Both the position numbers and the translations under genes were made by a program. Below, one piece after another: positions 55,341 to 64,000 of a DNA stretch of 64,000 nucleotides. Below the pieces are notes generated by a model. The model worked only from the letters and a program-made list of their open reading frames with translations. It did not search any database and was not told the origin of the DNA. The stretch lies in the IMG/VR virus record IMGVR_UViG_3300045988_175028; one strand, written 5' to 3'. Positions within the stretch are counted from its first letter, which is position 1, and each line of letters starts with the position of its first letter. The DNA comes from a virus.

Positions 55341-56885
55341 TTACTTATTTATCTCTTCTAAGAACTTTTGTTCTTTTTCATCCAATTCCCATTCAACCCT
55401 TTGCTGAGTATCATAAAAATCAAGAATAGGATTCATTCTATCATCAGTTATAAATAAATCAGTAAGTCTTAATGTTCCTGTGTTGAAATAACTCCAAATA
55501 CGAACTTGAGTCCAACGACCCGATCGAACCTTGAATACATCAAAGACTCGATTCGGAATTACGCCGCCTATCAAATTTCCATCTTTTTGAAGTATATCTA
55601 TTTCATCTTTTGTAGGTCGCGCGCCGATTACACCATTATCTGCCTTATTTATTGTTGCTCGACCACCAGCTAAACTTGCTTCATTTCGTATTTCTGAATT
55701 ATCATCTGCTTTGGCATTTACCTGAGTTGAAGTAAAAATTGAGACATTTTGTTCAATAGCTAAATCTTTTAGAGCTGTTGCCATCAATGATAAAATTTCA
55801 TCATTTCTAAGATTATGCCCTCGAAATTCATTCAAAACTCCAGGAGAAATAAAAATATAATCAAAAAAGACATAACGCCGTTGGGAAAGAATTACTTCTT
55901 CTCTAACACTTAGTTTTATCTGTTCAATAGAAGGATTTGGTATTCTCATTAGTTTTAGAGTTTTGTAGGTTTTGATTATATGGCGCGCGACCTCAATTCT
56001 TTTTCTTTCGTCATCAGTAAGAGTATTGAACTTAAATTTAGATTCTTCTACTCCACTAAGATATGCCAGAATCATTTTTATTATTTGCTCTGGTTTCTGT
56101 TCTGTCATAATAAAAAGAACAGGCTCGCACGCGCCATTTTTGACCCACTTCCCATCTACTTCACTATAGAAAAATGGAAAAGCCAATTTACACGCGTCAG
56201 CGACAGAAAGTCTTGTTTTACCACATCCACTAGAAAGACTTCGTATTGTAAGAGCCCCAAGCTCTGCACCATTTATAATTGATGAAAAAATCTCTCCATT
56301 GATTGATAGTCCAATACCTTCTTCACTACCAAATGTCTCAATTACATTATCAATTTCGTTCTCCAACTCCCAAGTTTGGACAGTTTCGTTTTGAATATAT
56401 GATTTTTCCACATCTAATAAATTCTTCTTGACTTCTTTTAGTATATCATCTACTGAAAGATTTTTGAAGCGTTGGTTTATATCGAAAGCTTTAGGTTGAG
56501 TTAGGTTTTCACAATAAATATTACTAGTGTCAAGGCCCATTCGTTTGAGGTCTCTTACTAAGTTGAACTTTTTTAGTTCATTATAATAGTAAAGAAAATT
56601 ACCTGGCTCACTCATAAATTCAGCATCTTGAAGGTATTCAATACCGTTATTTTGAGAAAAAACTAACTGCCCACTTGGGGTACTTTCAAGATAACTTGAA
56701 ACATCAACGGGAGTAATATGAGAAGCACCACCTCGATACAAATTATCAATTGCTACAAATAAATAACGAGTAAAAGTTGAGGAGAAATCGGTAGGAGTTA
56801 TTGTATATTTATCTATCTCACTTAGATACTGAGGATGCTTCATTAGACTTCCAATAATTTGGAGTTCTGTATTTCTATCAATCAT
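55341..56885 (-). CDS. DnaB-like replicative helicase
   Basis: Walker A SSGCGKTRLS. RecA-like C-terminal domain and an N-terminal helical domain. Adjacent to the primase gene. Confidence 0.7.
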   Translation of the reverse strand: MIDRNTELQIIGSLMKHPQYLSEIDKYTITPTDFSSTFTRYLFVAIDNLYRGGASHITPVDVSSYLESTPSGQLVFSQNNGIEYLQDAEFMSEPGNFLYYYNELKKFNLVRDLKRMGLDTSNIYCENLTQPKAFDINQRFKNLSVDDILKEVKKNLLDVEKSYIQNETVQTWELENEIDNVIETFGSEEGIGLSINGEIFSSIINGAELGALTIRSLSSGCGKTRLSVADACKLAFPFFYSEVDGKWVKNGACEPVLFIMTEQKPEQIIKMILAYLSGVEESKFKFNTLTDDERKRIEVARHIIKTYKTLKLMRIPNPSIEQIKLSVREEVILSQRRYVFFDYIFISPGVLNEFRGHNLRNDEILSLMATALKDLAIEQNVSIFTSTQVNAKADDNSEIRNEASLAGGRATINKADNGVIGARPTKDEIDILQKDGNLIGGVIPNRVFDVFKVRSGRWTQVRIWSYFNTGTLRLTDLFITDDRMNPILDFYDTQQRVEWELDEKEQKFLEEINK

Positions 56886-57421
56886 TCAATGTCCTCCAAA
56901 TTCCATCGAGACTTTTTCTTTTGGGATGTAGTTTTTGGCTTTTTTAGTAGAACTTTTTGCTGAAACTCTCGTTGCTTGATTTGTTCTTCGATTCCAGCCA
57001 AAGTTCCTCGTTCATTGTTCTCTCTTTGTTTCCAATAGGTAGTGGCTTCTTCATAAATAAAGGGAATAATCCCTAACCCCCCATGACCCTTTGACCAGTC
57101 TCCATCTCTAATTTCATAAAAATATTTTAGTGTATAAAAAATACCTTTATAAGTTCCAATTTTATCTTTCTCGACGAATTTTTTCAACTGAGCTTCGCAG
57201 AGATGATAGTCATAAGAAACTTTTAAGTCGTGTGCAATAAAATCATAAATACGTTTTTTCCAATCTTTATCTTTTAGAATATTTCCTTTCTTTAGATTTT
57301 CATAACAAGATTTATGATAATACCATCCTTTAGATGGCATTACCCACTCTGTATCCGCACCGGCTAATTGAGCGTCAAAACGTTCTTTACAGGCACGGCA
57401 GATGACTAAATGTTTTGCCAT
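56882..57421 (-). CDS. hypothetical zinc-ribbon protein (179 aa); positional candidate for a replication initiation or loader factor
   Basis: N-terminal CRAC...HKSC. Lies directly upstream of, and overlapping, the helicase gene. Confidence 0.3.
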   Translation of the reverse strand: MAKHLVICRACKERFDAQLAGADTEWVMPSKGWYYHKSCYENLKKGNILKDKDWKKRIYDFIAHDLKVSYDYHLCEAQLKKFVEKDKIGTYKGIFYTLKYFYEIRDGDWSKGHGGLGIIPFIYEEATTYWKQRENNERGTLAGIEEQIKQREFQQKVLLKKPKTTSQKKKSRWNLEDIE

Positions 57422-57444
57422 TTATATCCCTCCAATCTTATTAT

Positions 57445-57473
57445 ATTATACCATATTTTTCTAAAAATGTCAA
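57445..57473 (-). promoter_or_regulatory. consensus sigma-A promoter on the minus strand: TTGACA (57473-57468), 17-nt spacer, TGgTATAAT (-10 at 57450-57445)
   Basis: Read from the reverse complement. Immediately follows the terminator at 57472-57500. Confidence 0.65.
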
Positions 57474-57500
57474 AAAAGAGGTAGGATTTCTCCTACCTCT
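57472..57500 (-). terminator. rho-independent terminator (minus strand)
   Basis: 10-bp stem, 57477-57486 pairing with 57491-57500 (AGAGGTAGGA / TCCTACCTCT), a 4-nt loop, and a T-run on the minus strand (plus-strand A-run 57472-57477). Confidence 0.7.
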
Positions 57501-57516
57501 AATTTAGTTTTATAGA

Positions 57517-58488
57517 TTACATCGCACGTAAGTCCATGACAGCAAGCTGTAAAAGAGAAACTTGATCCTCAGTAACCTCCGACAGTTTTAGCTTTCGTCC
57601 AAATACCATTTCTACCTTTTTAGACATAGCACGAACTGCTGCTTCCTTATCTTCATCGGTTTGGGCATTATTTACCTTAGTAGTCCAAATCTCACGAGCT
57701 TCAGACATTAAGGCATTGAAGTCGAGTTTTTCTTCCTGGATGATTGGTGCTTCATCAGTTACTAAACCGCCATTTTTTTCTTCCATATCAATAGCCTTAG
57801 CTACCGCTTGTTCAAGCTCATGGAAGCCGAATGGAATGCGAGGTTCAAGATATTTATAACGAGAACCTGCGGTAATAGTGGGAGTGGCACGAGTTTGAAT
57901 CCACCGTTCACTTTCTCCTTTTTCATTCCAGGTTTGAGTAATAACTCCAATAATATCGACAAGACCATTGACAGTTTTTAAACAACGATTATTGAGGTCA
58001 GGCTTATAACCAATTACCTTACCATCATCATCTGCTGTTTCTTTTAGATGGCAAGTCATAATGAGTCCATAGCCCATCATGGTAATTTTACGAAGACAAT
58101 TTTCAAATTCCTTTGAAGTTTGACTATAGCCCCCGCCATAGGGGATATCTCCGATTTTACTCACTCCGTTTTGCTGACAAATAAACTGCTCACAAAGGTC
58201 ATATAGAATACCAATAGTATCAATACAAATAGTTGAATACATTTGTTTTGCTTCAGGCTTTTCTAACTGACGAAGAACTAGCTTGAAATCAGCAAACTTC
58301 TGAATTGGAAGAGCGCGAACGCCAGATTGAGCATTTGTACCAATCTCAGTTGCAAGAATCAGGGCTTTATCACTTTGGGCACAAAATTCAGTCTTTCCAA
58401 TTTTAGGAGCTCCCGCCAAAAGAATGAATTTAGAACGTAAGTCGCGTGAGATTTTATTGGGTTGGAGGGAAAAAATATCAATAGCCAT
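57517..58488 (-). CDS. Sak4-like / AAA_24-type RecA-fold ATPase (recombination mediator candidate)
   Basis: Walker A LLAGAPKIGKTEF near the N-terminus. Size and context (next to the SSB-like gene) are typical of phage Sak4-type proteins. Confidence 0.55.
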   Translation of the reverse strand: MAIDIFSLQPNKISRDLRSKFILLAGAPKIGKTEFCAQSDKALILATEIGTNAQSGVRALPIQKFADFKLVLRQLEKPEAKQMYSTICIDTIGILYDLCEQFICQQNGVSKIGDIPYGGGYSQTSKEFENCLRKITMMGYGLIMTCHLKETADDDGKVIGYKPDLNNRCLKTVNGLVDIIGVITQTWNEKGESERWIQTRATPTITAGSRYKYLEPRIPFGFHELEQAVAKAIDMEEKNGGLVTDEAPIIQEEKLDFNALMSEAREIWTTKVNNAQTDEDKEAAVRAMSKKVEMVFGRKLKLSEVTEDQVSLLQLAVMDLRAM

Positions 58489-58502
58489 AACTATTTACCT
58501 CC

Positions 58503-59426
58503 TTAAAATCCCATATCGTCTCCTGCTAAACGAGAAGTAGTTGGTGCAGGAGTCTTCATCTCACCCTTTACTTTGTTCATATCCTTAACCTTCTGGGCCT
58601 CCAAACGAGCCTTACGGGCCTTCATCGCTTGCGCAAGGTCCTCAACATCAAAGGCCTGCTCACCTTCTAGAGCACTCTGAGAACCACCGGTAATTAGTAG
58701 CTCACTAATACTACGGGTGCGAGTCTTTTCAATGGCTTCACCAAAATCTACATCCTCAATATAAGTCTCAGTAGTAGAGGTAAAGTTCAAACGACCGTTA
58801 GCCTTAAAAGTATAATCGGGCTCCCAATACTGGGTAATAGCATTGATAACATTAGGATTAGAGGCATATAGCTTTACTACCTCAACCTGACCATTCCAAT
58901 TAGGAACAATAGTAGTAACCTCTAGCTTCTTTGGCTCGACTTCAATACCGTCCTTATCAACGACATAATTGATATTAGAAACAGCAAAAGTCAAAGAGAA
59001 ACTGGCCTCAGGCTTAAAATCACCAGTAGCCTTACCAACGAAAGAGGCGCTAATGCGGGGAGAACTTACAAAACGACCATCCTTGGAGAAGAACTCGTTC
59101 ATCTTGATTTTTGCGCCAGTAATACGAATCTTATCGGCACCTTCGCGCCCACCAGCAGACGCAATGGACATAAACTCTTCCTTGACACGCTGAATGCTTT
59201 CATAGGAAGGATTCAGGCCTCCATCCTTCTTATACTTTTGACTAAAAAGATGGACAGGGATTTCAAGATGTAGAGGAACGGCATTTACAACTTGCTCAAC
59301 AAGTACCTTGATAGTTCCTCCAATTGTCTCGATTGTCTCGCCATTCTTGACAAAAGAACCATACTTTAAATCAGTTTCACTTAGTAGACCTTCAATACGA
59401 ACACGGTTTTCGGCTTCATGTAGCAT
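58503..59426 (-). CDS. single-stranded DNA-binding protein candidate (non-canonical, 307 aa)
   Basis: Acidic C-terminal tip ending GDDMGF, comparable to the DDDIPF (E. coli SSB) and acidic-tail-plus-terminal-Phe (T7 gp2.5) tips. High-expression codon bias, flanking terminators, and a recombination-gene neighbourhood. Confidence 0.4.
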   Translation of the reverse strand: MLHEAENRVRIEGLLSETDLKYGSFVKNGETIETIGGTIKVLVEQVVNAVPLHLEIPVHLFSQKYKKDGGLNPSYESIQRVKEEFMSIASAGGREGADKIRITGAKIKMNEFFSKDGRFVSSPRISASFVGKATGDFKPEASFSLTFAVSNINYVVDKDGIEVEPKKLEVTTIVPNWNGQVEVVKLYASNPNVINAITQYWEPDYTFKANGRLNFTSTTETYIEDVDFGEAIEKTRTRSISELLITGGSQSALEGEQAFDVEDLAQAMKARKARLEAQKVKDMNKVKGEMKTPAPTTSRLAGDDMGF

Positions 59427-59475
59427 AAAATTTTTCTCCTTTTTACATTTACAATAATTACTTTGGTTCTTTCAT

Positions 59476-59503
59476 AAAAAGGTAGGAGGAAATTCCTCCT
59501 ACC
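59476..59503 (-). terminator. rho-independent terminator (minus strand)
   Basis: GGTAGGAGGA (59481-59490) pairing with TCCTCCTACC (59494-59503). T-run on the minus strand (plus-strand AAAAA 59476-59480). Confidence 0.6.
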
Positions 59504-59519
59504 AAATTATTAAAATAAA

Positions 59520-59771
59520 TTACTCAGCGTCGTCGCTGGGAACAAAGGTGGTACCGGCATCAGTTAGATTTACATAAACTACGGGCTTCTCAGTACCCTC
59601 AACCTCAACCTTCTCACGCTCAACTAGACCCTTCTTCTGTAGGTCAGTTACATTAGCACCTACAGAACGAGAAGCACGACCAATGGCATTACAAATCTCA
59701 TCAATAGAGACATGACCACCATTAGACTTCACATAATCAAATACTTCAGAACTCTTAGCAGTTAGCTTCAT
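59520..59771 (-). CDS. small winged-helix DNA-binding protein (83 aa)
   Basis: MarR/wHTH-like pattern: ...VSIDEICNAIGRASRSVGANVTDLQKKGLVEREK followed by a beta hairpin. High-expression codon bias, own promoter and terminator. Confidence 0.5.
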   Translation of the reverse strand: MKLTAKSSEVFDYVKSNGGHVSIDEICNAIGRASRSVGANVTDLQKKGLVEREKVEVEGTEKPVVYVNLTDAGTTFVPSDDAE

Positions 59772-59856
59772 TTTAGTTTCTCCTTTTACATATAAAATTA
59801 TTTTTTTTATTATTAGATGAGTAAAGGTTTCATGCCTCTCTCAACTTTCTATAAAT

Positions 59857-59885
59857 ATTATAGCTAAAATTTACAAAACTTTCAA
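59857..59885 (-). promoter_or_regulatory. sigma-A promoter on the minus strand: TTGAAA (59885-59880), 17-nt spacer, TATAAT (59862-59857)
   Basis: Read from the reverse complement. The -35 region lies in a short tandem repeat (CAAACTTT units, 59874-59898) that overlaps the upstream stop codon. Confidence 0.6.
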
Positions 59886-59895
59886 ACTTTCAAAC

Positions 59896-62238
59896 TTAGA
59901 AATTTTGGATTTTTATTACTTTTGAATTTCCCCCCAATTTTAGAGTCTTGACTCCTTGTGTGCCACGACTTAATATAGGAATTTCCTCAACTTTCACTCG
60001 AATCTGAGTAGTAGAAGATACAACTAGAATATCGCTAGAGTCAATAAGTGGTAAAAAATCACAAAGATTACCCGCTCTTTGAATCTTTACTCCTTTGGTT
60101 GCGCGTCCGGTAATTTTGAATTCGTTTATATCGGTTCGTTTTGAATATCCATCTTCACTTACAGAAAGAATTTCTCTTGTTTCTTTAGGAATGACTCGTC
60201 CAGAAACAACTTTATCTCCCTCATTTAGCTTAATACCTACAACCCCTCGAGCTACTCTACCAATAGGTCTAATATCTTTAGTTTCGATAATAATAAAATT
60301 TCCTTCCTCGGTAAGGATGCCGACTCTTTCATTTTTCAAAATGAGAATAGAAGCAATCAAATCATCATCATCTAACTTTAAAGCCTGAACGCCAGTGTTT
60401 CTTCGTAAATTATACTCAGAAAGCGCGGACTTCTTCAAAATTCCCTTCTTTGTAAGAAAAAGAATGTTTGAGGACTCTGTATCTTTAGAAAGAATCGTAG
60501 CTGATTTTATTTCATCGTCTCCATTGATGGGTAGGAATGAATTTAGATATTGTTTTTCTCCAATATTGAATTCTCCCATCTTCAAATGATAAAAGGCTCC
60601 GCGCTGTGTAAAAAAGAGAACTTCGTCTGTGTTGTTCCCAATTAGAGTATCAACTACAAATTCTCCTTTATCAAGCTTAAACTTTGAGCCTACACCATTT
60701 CTTCGTTGAGAATAAAGTGTAGAGGTTTCGCTAACAAATACAGCTCCTTCATTTGTGAAAGAAAGAGACAGTTGTTTTTGCTCGATTGTTTCTTCATCAT
60801 TTGAAATATTCAAAATTTTTGTTCGGCGTACGTCTCCAAATTTTTCAGCAACTTCGCGTAAACCTTTTTCAATTTCTTTTTTGAGAAGAGTTTCATCACC
60901 TAAAATGGCTTCAATTCTTTCTTTTTCAGTTTCAAGACTGGACCTTTCAGTTTCTAACTTTGTAATATCTAAATGAGTTAAACGAGAAAGCTTTAGGTCA
61001 AGAATAGCCTTAGCCTGAATTTCATCAATACTTAATAGGCGTTGAAGGCCAATTGAAGCATTCTTCGCATCAGCACTCTGTTTGATAATCTTAATAACTT
61101 CGTCAATCATTGAAATAGCTTTCATCAATCCCTCGATAACGTGAAGACGTGCGAGAATTTTTCTGCGGTCGAATTGAAAACCATTTATATATACGCTTTT
61201 TTCATGTTCCAAATGAGCTTGAAGCATTTCCTTCCAAGTAAAAAGTCTCGGATATCTTCCTTGGTCAAGCATTGTGAAATTGATGCTATAATAATATTGA
61301 AGAGAAGTGTTCTTATATAAATATCGCAGGACTTTATCGGGATTTGCCTTTTTAGATAGATAAATTTTGATAAGAGCAGTTTTTCCTGTCAAGTCATTGA
61401 ATCGTTCTATTCCAGGATTCTTCTCGTCTTCAATAATTTGTTCTAACTCTCCACAAATAGTATTAGTATAAACATTATATGGAATTTCAGTTATTACAAA
61501 ACATCTATCTTTTGCATCAAATTCAACCACGCTTCTTAATTTACAGGCAAATCCAGTGCCATTTTTCATGGACTGCTTTACTTCTTCTTCATTATATAAG
61601 ATAGCACCAGTAGCAAAGTCAGGGGCACAATAGATTTCTTCAAAATCACAATCTGGATTATACAAAAGATGAATTAGAGCGGTATTTAGTTCCTTGAGAT
61701 TGTATTGTGGAACGCTTGAAGCCATTCCAATGCCTATTCCTTGACAACCGTTTACGATATTATAATACCCTTTTGTTGGGAGAACGGCAGGAAATTGTTT
61801 GGTATTGTCATAGCTGTCTCGCCATTCAAAGATAGTTTCTTTATCAATATCTTCAAATAAAATATTTGAAAGTTTAGATAGCCGAGATTCGGTATATCTC
61901 ATAGAGGCCCAGTTTCCACTTTCAATCAAAGAACCAGCATTACCTTTTACATCTACTAAAGGATACCGCATAGCAAAAGGCTGGCCTGCGCGCATAATCA
62001 CAGCTGTGCATGAACTATCTCCGTGAATGTAATAATCGGCCATTGCCATACCTACGGCATTGGCTGTTTTTTTATGGGGGTTAGAAGATGTTAGCTTGCG
62101 AGTAAGCATAGAATAGAAAATCTGGCGCGCAGACGGCTTCAATCCATCTCGCACATCAATTAGTGCTCTTGATTGAAGAACGGCGCCGGCATACTGAGTA
62201 AAACTATCTTTTATAATCGGTGTTAGATTGACTTCCAT
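59896..62238 (-). CDS. type IIA topoisomerase subunit A (GyrA/ParC-like)
   Basis: RDGLKPSARQ near the N-terminus, active-site tyrosine block AMRYTESRL, and a long beta-pinwheel-like C-terminal domain. 780 aa. Confidence 0.8.
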   Translation of the reverse strand: MEVNLTPIIKDSFTQYAGAVLQSRALIDVRDGLKPSARQIFYSMLTRKLTSSNPHKKTANAVGMAMADYYIHGDSSCTAVIMRAGQPFAMRYPLVDVKGNAGSLIESGNWASMRYTESRLSKLSNILFEDIDKETIFEWRDSYDNTKQFPAVLPTKGYYNIVNGCQGIGIGMASSVPQYNLKELNTALIHLLYNPDCDFEEIYCAPDFATGAILYNEEEVKQSMKNGTGFACKLRSVVEFDAKDRCFVITEIPYNVYTNTICGELEQIIEDEKNPGIERFNDLTGKTALIKIYLSKKANPDKVLRYLYKNTSLQYYYSINFTMLDQGRYPRLFTWKEMLQAHLEHEKSVYINGFQFDRRKILARLHVIEGLMKAISMIDEVIKIIKQSADAKNASIGLQRLLSIDEIQAKAILDLKLSRLTHLDITKLETERSSLETEKERIEAILGDETLLKKEIEKGLREVAEKFGDVRRTKILNISNDEETIEQKQLSLSFTNEGAVFVSETSTLYSQRRNGVGSKFKLDKGEFVVDTLIGNNTDEVLFFTQRGAFYHLKMGEFNIGEKQYLNSFLPINGDDEIKSATILSKDTESSNILFLTKKGILKKSALSEYNLRRNTGVQALKLDDDDLIASILILKNERVGILTEEGNFIIIETKDIRPIGRVARGVVGIKLNEGDKVVSGRVIPKETREILSVSEDGYSKRTDINEFKITGRATKGVKIQRAGNLCDFLPLIDSSDILVVSSTTQIRVKVEEIPILSRGTQGVKTLKLGGNSKVIKIQNF

Positions 62239-62276
62239 CTTACAGCTCCTTTCTTTTCATTATAATACAATTATAC

Positions 62277-62308
62277 AATAAAAAAGAGAGGAAATCAAAT
62301 TTCCTCTC
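62277..62308 (-). terminator. rho-independent terminator between the two topoisomerase subunit genes
   Basis: GAGAGGAAAT (62286-62295) pairing with ATTTCCTCTC (62299-62308). T-run on the minus strand (plus-strand A-run 62277-62285). A possible TTGATT-17-TATAAT promoter (62298-62270) overlaps it. Confidence 0.55.
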
Positions 62309-62312
62309 CTAA

Positions 62313-64000
62313 TTATTCTCTTATTGTAGAAAAATCAATATTTTCAAAAATAAAGTCTCTTCTTGGTTTTACCTCGTCTCCCATTAGCTCAAGAAGCAAA
62401 TCAATAGCTTCTTTACTATAATGTAAAACCTCTAACTGTTGAAATTCAGGGGTAAACATTGAAGCATGAGCAGTTTCCGCAGGAAGCTCACCCAGTCCTT
62501 TCGCACGAGTAACAGTTCCTTTTATACTTTTTCGAGCCTTGGCAAATTCTTCATCAGAAAAATAATAGGTTTCTTTTCCTTTGTTTTCAACTATATACAG
62601 AGGAGACCGAAGCCAGCATAGCCGGCCCTCTTTGATGAACTCTGGAGCCAGGTATAGTAAAGCTGACATAATCAAGAGACCAATATGCATTCCATCAGAG
62701 TCGGCGTCGCTACAAATTGCGAGTTTGCCATATCTCAGCTTTTTACTATCGTATCGACCAGGGGTAATATTCATCGCGCTAAGAATCAGTTTAATTTCTT
62801 CATTTTGAAAAATCTTCTCTTCAGAATTAGATAGACAATTAATAATTTTCCCCTTTAGAGTAAGAATGCCATACTTGGTATAGTCTCTCGCCTGAGACAT
62901 TCCTCCCATAGCACTGTTACCTTCAACGAGTAAAAGCGTCGAATCCTGTCCCAAAAACTCCGCATCCTTCAACTTATCACTCGCAAAAACTTTTTTCCGT
63001 TGATTCTTTTCAACTTCTTTGCCCGCTTCAAGAACTTGACGGCGCGCTTTTTCGGCCATCATCTCTGCTTTTTTTTCCTTGACTAATAAATCAACAACTT
63101 TATCAAATTCATCTTTATGTTTTTTTACAAAATCTTTTATAGCATCAGTAAAAACTGTTTGGGTATATCCTCTCAGTTCTGGATTTTGGATACGAGATTT
63201 AGTCTGATTTTGATAAATAGGATGGGGATGGCGTATATTAACAATATAAACAAGTCCCTTTCTTATCATATCGGCAGTAAAATCTCCCTTAGATAAAGAA
63301 TTGATAGTTCTTGTAAAAGCAGTTTTTGCACCAGTACTCGGTGTTCCACCATCTATATTTAGCGCGCCATTAGAGAAAATATATTCTGTTTCCCTCCCGC
63401 TTGTCCATTGAGCAAATACTTCAACCTCGACTTCATCATCAAATTCTTTATACCCATAGATAAAAGATTTATGTAGAGGCTTTTCAATATTGTCTTTGGC
63501 AAAATCCTTTAACCCTTGTGAAGAGTAGAATGTATCGCTTTTACCTTTATAAGTAAAAATAAACAAAACTTTTGGAATAAAGTAAGATGTAAGTCGAAGT
63601 TCTTCTCGAATTCGTTCGGGTTCAAAGGTGTTTTCATCTTTTTCAATATTTAATACTTCCTTATTTGGAGTAAATCTAAAAGTTGAGCCAGTAGAACTAA
63701 CTTCTCTAATCTTTTCACTTTTATTAGAACATGGAATGCCGTCTTGAAACTTTAGATGATATTCACTACCCTCTCTTCGACTCCAAACTTCAAATTCACG
63801 GGAACACACGCATACTGCCGATGTCCCGATGCCATGACATCCTCGAACTTTTTTATAATTAGAAGTATCAAATTTACCAGAACTGTGAGCAGAACAAAAA
63901 AGTTCAATCAAAACTTCCTCACAATCCTTATTCGGCCCGCGGGGAACTCCAGCCCCATTGTCAATGCAGGTTAGTGTGTTGCAGTCATCAGACAAAATTA
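62313..64000 (-). CDS. type IIA topoisomerase subunit B (GyrB/ParE-like), N-terminus beyond the window edge
   Basis: TOPRIM motifs LVEGNSAMGG and CSDADSDGMHI, TLKGKIIN, and ATPase/transducer region blocks. The ORF is open to the end of the window. Confidence 0.8.
   Translation of the reverse strand, partial: ILSDDCNTLTCIDNGAGVPRGPNKDCEEVLIELFCSAHSSGKFDTSNYKKVRGCHGIGTSAVCVCSREFEVWSRREGSEYHLKFQDGIPCSNKSEKIREVSSTGSTFRFTPNKEVLNIEKDENTFEPERIREELRLTSYFIPKVLFIFTYKGKSDTFYSSQGLKDFAKDNIEKPLHKSFIYGYKEFDDEVEVEVFAQWTSGRETEYIFSNGALNIDGGTPSTGAKTAFTRTINSLSKGDFTADMIRKGLVYIVNIRHPHPIYQNQTKSRIQNPELRGYTQTVFTDAIKDFVKKHKDEFDKVVDLLVKEKKAEMMAEKARRQVLEAGKEVEKNQRKKVFASDKLKDAEFLGQDSTLLLVEGNSAMGGMSQARDYTKYGILTLKGKIINCLSNSEEKIFQNEEIKLILSAMNITPGRYDSKKLRYGKLAICSDADSDGMHIGLLIMSALLYLAPEFIKEGRLCWLRSPLYIVENKGKETYYFSDEEFAKARKSIKGTVTRAKGLGELPAETAHASMFTPEFQQLEVLHYSKEAIDLLLELMGDEVKPRRDFIFENIDFSTIRE

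Noticed and set aside
59520-59771. The abundant 83-aa winged-helix protein as a Z-alpha-like binder of the enriched (CG)3 motif
   Set aside because: When aligned by eye to ADAR1 Z-alpha around the LxKKGxL helix, the key Z-DNA contact residues (Asn173, Tyr177 and the hairpin Trp) are not conserved (Gly, Thr and no Trp). It is best treated as a generic MarR/wHTH protein.
59874-59898. Tandem CAAA(A)CTTT repeats as a distinct repeat element
   Set aside because: There are only about three short units. They coincide with duplicated TTGAAA -35 candidates of the promoter for the wHTH gene and are most simply part of that promoter.
1-64000. Genome-wide reassignment of TAG to a sense codon (code 15-like), prompted by the in-frame TAG in dnaE and the rarity of TAG stops
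   Set aside because: Every other long gene, including ORFs of 2595, 2201 and 1021 aa, is uninterrupted under the standard code. The single TAG-terminated gene (12595-13338) ends exactly where the next gene's RBS begins. At most a local readthrough or suppression event is supported, not wholesale recoding.
1-64000. tRNA, rRNA, CRISPR arrays, integrase/attachment sites and DGR components
   Set aside because: The intergenic regions are short and are accounted for by promoters, terminators or intron RNA. I saw no cloverleaf-like segment, no repeat-spacer periodicity, and no recombinase or reverse-transcriptase motifs. A covariance-model scan would be needed to exclude tRNAs formally.

Overview
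This window looks like a contiguous piece of a large tailed dsDNA phage or prophage genome. By eye it is about one-third G+C. It has strong AGGAGG-type ribosome-binding sites and TTGACA/TATAAT-type promoters, so a Firmicutes-type host is likely.

Layout:
- 1-36198 (+ strand): late/structural module. It contains a regulator-like gene, an intron-split large terminase, portal, scaffold, capsid, connector proteins, two paralogous tail-tube-like genes, a 2595-aa tape measure, Dit, a 2201-aa Tal-like protein, a 1021-aa fibre candidate, and a small accessory cassette.
- 36235-64000 (- strand): replication, recombination and nucleotide-metabolism module. It contains a RuvC-like resolvase, a dUTPase fusion, a divergent ThyX-like protein, an NPPF methyltransferase, dCMP deaminase, SHMT, an intron-split class II RNR, an intron-split DnaE-type polymerase, RecJ-like exonuclease, primase, DnaB-like helicase, Sak4-like ATPase, an SSB-like protein, and a two-subunit type IIA topoisomerase.
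- The two modules converge on a bidirectional terminator at about 36203-36234.

Most notable observations:
1. Three ORF-bearing group I introns (in terL, nrdJ, dnaE) plus a free-standing GIY-YIG endonuclease.
2. A compact dTMP/folate gene set. SHMT could close the folate cycle for a ThyX-like enzyme, but that enzyme's signature motif is degenerate, so a non-canonical pyrimidine is possible.
3. A roughly 18-fold excess of the palindrome GCGCGC in an AT-rich genome, independent of reading frame.
4. An in-frame TAG at codon 13 of the polymerase gene, in a window where TAG ends only 1 of about 54 genes.
5. A frame-broken ORF at a G4/A4 homopolymer run.
6. A perfect 15-bp inverted repeat that buries the Dit start codon just downstream of the tape-measure stop.

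I found no tRNA, rRNA, CRISPR array, integrase or reverse transcriptase. All calls come from reading the ORF track and the sequence by eye. No searches or statistics were run.
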